From an uncultured virus (IMG/VR IMGVR_UViG_3300028840_004242) (lineage: Duplodnaviria > Heunggongvirae > Uroviricota > Caudoviricetes): a DNA stretch of 25,830 nucleotides. Numbering within the stretch: position 1 is the stretch's first letter; each line of letters opens with the position of its first letter. Positions 23,866 to 25,830 of the stretch are shown piece after piece. The stretch is taken from IMG/VR virus record IMGVR_UViG_3300028840_004242, positions 62,001 through 87,830 of that record; one strand, given 5' to 3'. The notes below the pieces were generated by a model, which made no database searches, was not told the DNA's origin, and saw nothing but the letters and a program-made list of their open reading frames with translations. Both the position numbers and the translations under genes were made by a program.

Positions 23866-25068
23866 ATGAGTGAGAAACAAGTACCGAAAGGAGCACTACG
23901 TTTTGTAGATGAGGGACATGGATGCCAAGCATTCGTGGACTTCGGGGAAGGTGAAGAAGGACAGCCTAAATTGAGTATGGTTGGGTACTCAGGCAAGATT
24001 ATTAAAGGTCATTGGTACTGGGGGGACCTTGCCATTGACTTGCAAGGCATGAAATTCGAGGAATCCCGCTATCCTATCCTTGAAAATCATGATACCAGTC
24101 GTAAGGTTGCCTTTATGGGTAAACCTATTGTGAATGAGGAAGGACAGCTCGTAGCCCCTGAAAACAGCAAGCTGTTGGATACTGAAGCTGCTGATGAGTT
24201 CATTAAATTATCAAAACAGGGATTTCCTTACCAGTCTAGTATTAGTGCCAAGCCGCTCGTGGTAGAGAAGCTGGATGAAGGTGCGAAGGCAGAGGTTAAT
24301 GGGTTCTCCATGAAAGGACCAGCTACTATCTGGAGGCAGTCAAAGTTTCGAGAGATGTCTGTTTGTGTGTTTGGATGGGATAATAAGACTAGTGCTTCGG
24401 CTTTCAGCAAGGAGCCTATCGATATTGATTACGAAGAGAAAGTAATCAACGCTGAGGATGACCTCAGTGATAACCAAAAACCTGTTTTAAAGAGAAGGGA
24501 GGTGAAAGAGATAATGGATATTAAGGAACTCCAAGAGAAGTATCCAGAAATTTATGATGCTGCTCTTAAACTTGGCAGGGAGGCAGCCGAGAAGGAATTC
24601 TCTAAAGAGAAGACCGTTTTGGAAGCCAAACTGGAGACGATGCAGAAGGACAATGAGTCTATGAGTGAGAAAGTTCTTGAGCTGGAGAAGAAAGATGCAA
24701 TCCGGACTGAGAATGAGCTCAAAGCCGAAGGTTCTAAAATATGGCTTGATAAGTTGTCTGACAGCAAGATTCCCGAACGTTATTACGATAAAGTTCAGCC
24801 CCATGTTTCCTACAGCAAGTTTGTGGAGGATGGGGTACTGAATGTCGAAAAGTTTGGGGAAGCCATCGACGCTGAGATTAAAGATTGGGAAGACAGGGGC
24901 ATGACTGAACAGGTCCTGGGCTCTGGCTTCACCAAAAAGGAAGTCGAGGATGGCTCTTCTGAGGGATCGGAAGAGGAGACCAAGAACGATATGGCTATAG
25001 CAGAGAAATTGGTCCATCTTGCTGGGCATCAAACCAAATCGGACTTGGAGAAGAAAGCTCAAACTTAA
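23866..25068 (+). CDS. Prohead protease with C-terminal scaffold
   Basis: AAGGAG RBS; YPILENHD (His), GFPYQSSIS (Ser), REMSVCVFGWD; acidic coiled-coil tail. Confidence 0.85.
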   Translation: MSEKQVPKGALRFVDEGHGCQAFVDFGEGEEGQPKLSMVGYSGKIIKGHWYWGDLAIDLQGMKFEESRYPILENHDTSRKVAFMGKPIVNEEGQLVAPENSKLLDTEAADEFIKLSKQGFPYQSSISAKPLVVEKLDEGAKAEVNGFSMKGPATIWRQSKFREMSVCVFGWDNKTSASAFSKEPIDIDYEEKVINAEDDLSDNQKPVLKRREVKEIMDIKELQEKYPEIYDAALKLGREAAEKEFSKEKTVLEAKLETMQKDNESMSEKVLELEKKDAIRTENELKAEGSKIWLDKLSDSKIPERYYDKVQPHVSYSKFVEDGVLNVEKFGEAIDAEIKDWEDRGMTEQVLGSGFTKKEVEDGSSEGSEEETKNDMAIAEKLVHLAGHQTKSDLEKKAQT

Positions 25069-25112
25069 ACCTTTAACCCTTTGAAGCCTATTAAGATAGG
25101 AGGTGAAACTGT

Positions 25113-25808
25113 ATGGTAGATATAGCTCGAGGAGGCGATATCCCTCATGTACTTCATGGTACGCAGAAGGATTATAAACGCCTATATTATTCAGACCACA
25201 TGGCAGCTCTTCGTGTTCCTGTCACCCTTCAGGCTGGTTATGGCTTGATTGAACAAGGTACCACCTTGGCAAAGAACCTGTCGGCTGCTGGTGGGAAGGC
25301 AAAACTTTTGCCTTACGCTCCTACTACCTTCCCAGCGGACGTTGATAATGCGCGGGCTTATTTGGTTGCTAATAGTGGAACTACTGATAAGTTCGTGTAT
25401 GTTACCTTGGACGATAGTTATAAGTTCCAGGTAGGCGACGATGTTATCATCAATGACAACACCACCGCTGCGGAGAACAAGGGAGCGATCACGGCTATCG
25501 ATCGTACTTCTGATCCACATCGTGCAAAGATCACTTTCACGACTGCTATTGGAGGTACTGCTTTTACAACCGCCCGAAGAGCCTACATCATTGTCGAAGC
25601 TGGCACGAGTGGTAATAATTACTCAGATTGTGTCGGTATTTTGGAGAAAACTGTGGATACAGGCACTGGTGTTACGGCTAAAGGTGCTGTTGCAACCCTT
25701 ATACTTGGTAATTGCGTTCTGTACACAGGATGTCTTACCAACTTGGATGCCGCTGCTATTGCCGACATTAGCTCTGCTACTTTCGGCCAATACACATACA
25801 TCCGTTAA
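25113..25808 (+). CDS. Head decoration protein (gpD-like) with inserted beta domain
   Basis: VTLQAGYGLIEQGTTLAK..CVGILEKTVDT..LDAAAIADI; follows the protease gene and precedes a GGAGGTGAA RBS for the next gene (probably major capsid). Confidence 0.7.
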   Translation: MVDIARGGDIPHVLHGTQKDYKRLYYSDHMAALRVPVTLQAGYGLIEQGTTLAKNLSAAGGKAKLLPYAPTTFPADVDNARAYLVANSGTTDKFVYVTLDDSYKFQVGDDVIINDNTTAAENKGAITAIDRTSDPHRAKITFTTAIGGTAFTTARRAYIIVEAGTSGNNYSDCVGILEKTVDTGTGVTAKGAVATLILGNCVLYTGCLTNLDAAAIADISSATFGQYTYIR

Positions 25809-25830
25809 TTCCACGATGGAAGGAGGTGAA

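Overview
This window is a fragment of a tailed dsDNA phage (Caudoviricetes) genome with two divergent arms. The left arm (1-14.2 kb, minus strand) has about 25 small early genes behind at least seven sigma70-type promoters sharing a TATCTTG -35 signature. It also carries a DUF932 protein, a truncated beta-clamp-like protein, an SF2 helicase, a primase, a probable replication protein and a DnaB-like helicase that runs off the left edge. The right arm (17.1-25.8 kb, plus strand) encodes a Fis-type HTH protein, TerS, a permuted papain-like enzyme, TerL, portal, NlpC/P60, a ChaB-like protein, prohead protease/scaffold and a head decoration protein. The most unusual part is the 2.9 kb between the arms. 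A G-tract/pentamer-repeat block (14.85-15.2 kb) directly abuts a 1.7 kb AT-rich island almost devoid of GG/CC, GAT/ATC and GAG/CTC. The island is bounded by a 43-bp inverted repeat, is full of perfect hairpins, and holds one wHTH-type gene whose codons, SD and promoter elements all avoid those words. My inference is a motif-free first-injected (pre-early) anti-defence module plus an injection-stop-like signal. A C4/P4-CI-like structured leader RNA precedes the replication genes. All family calls come from manual motif recognition; no database searches were run.
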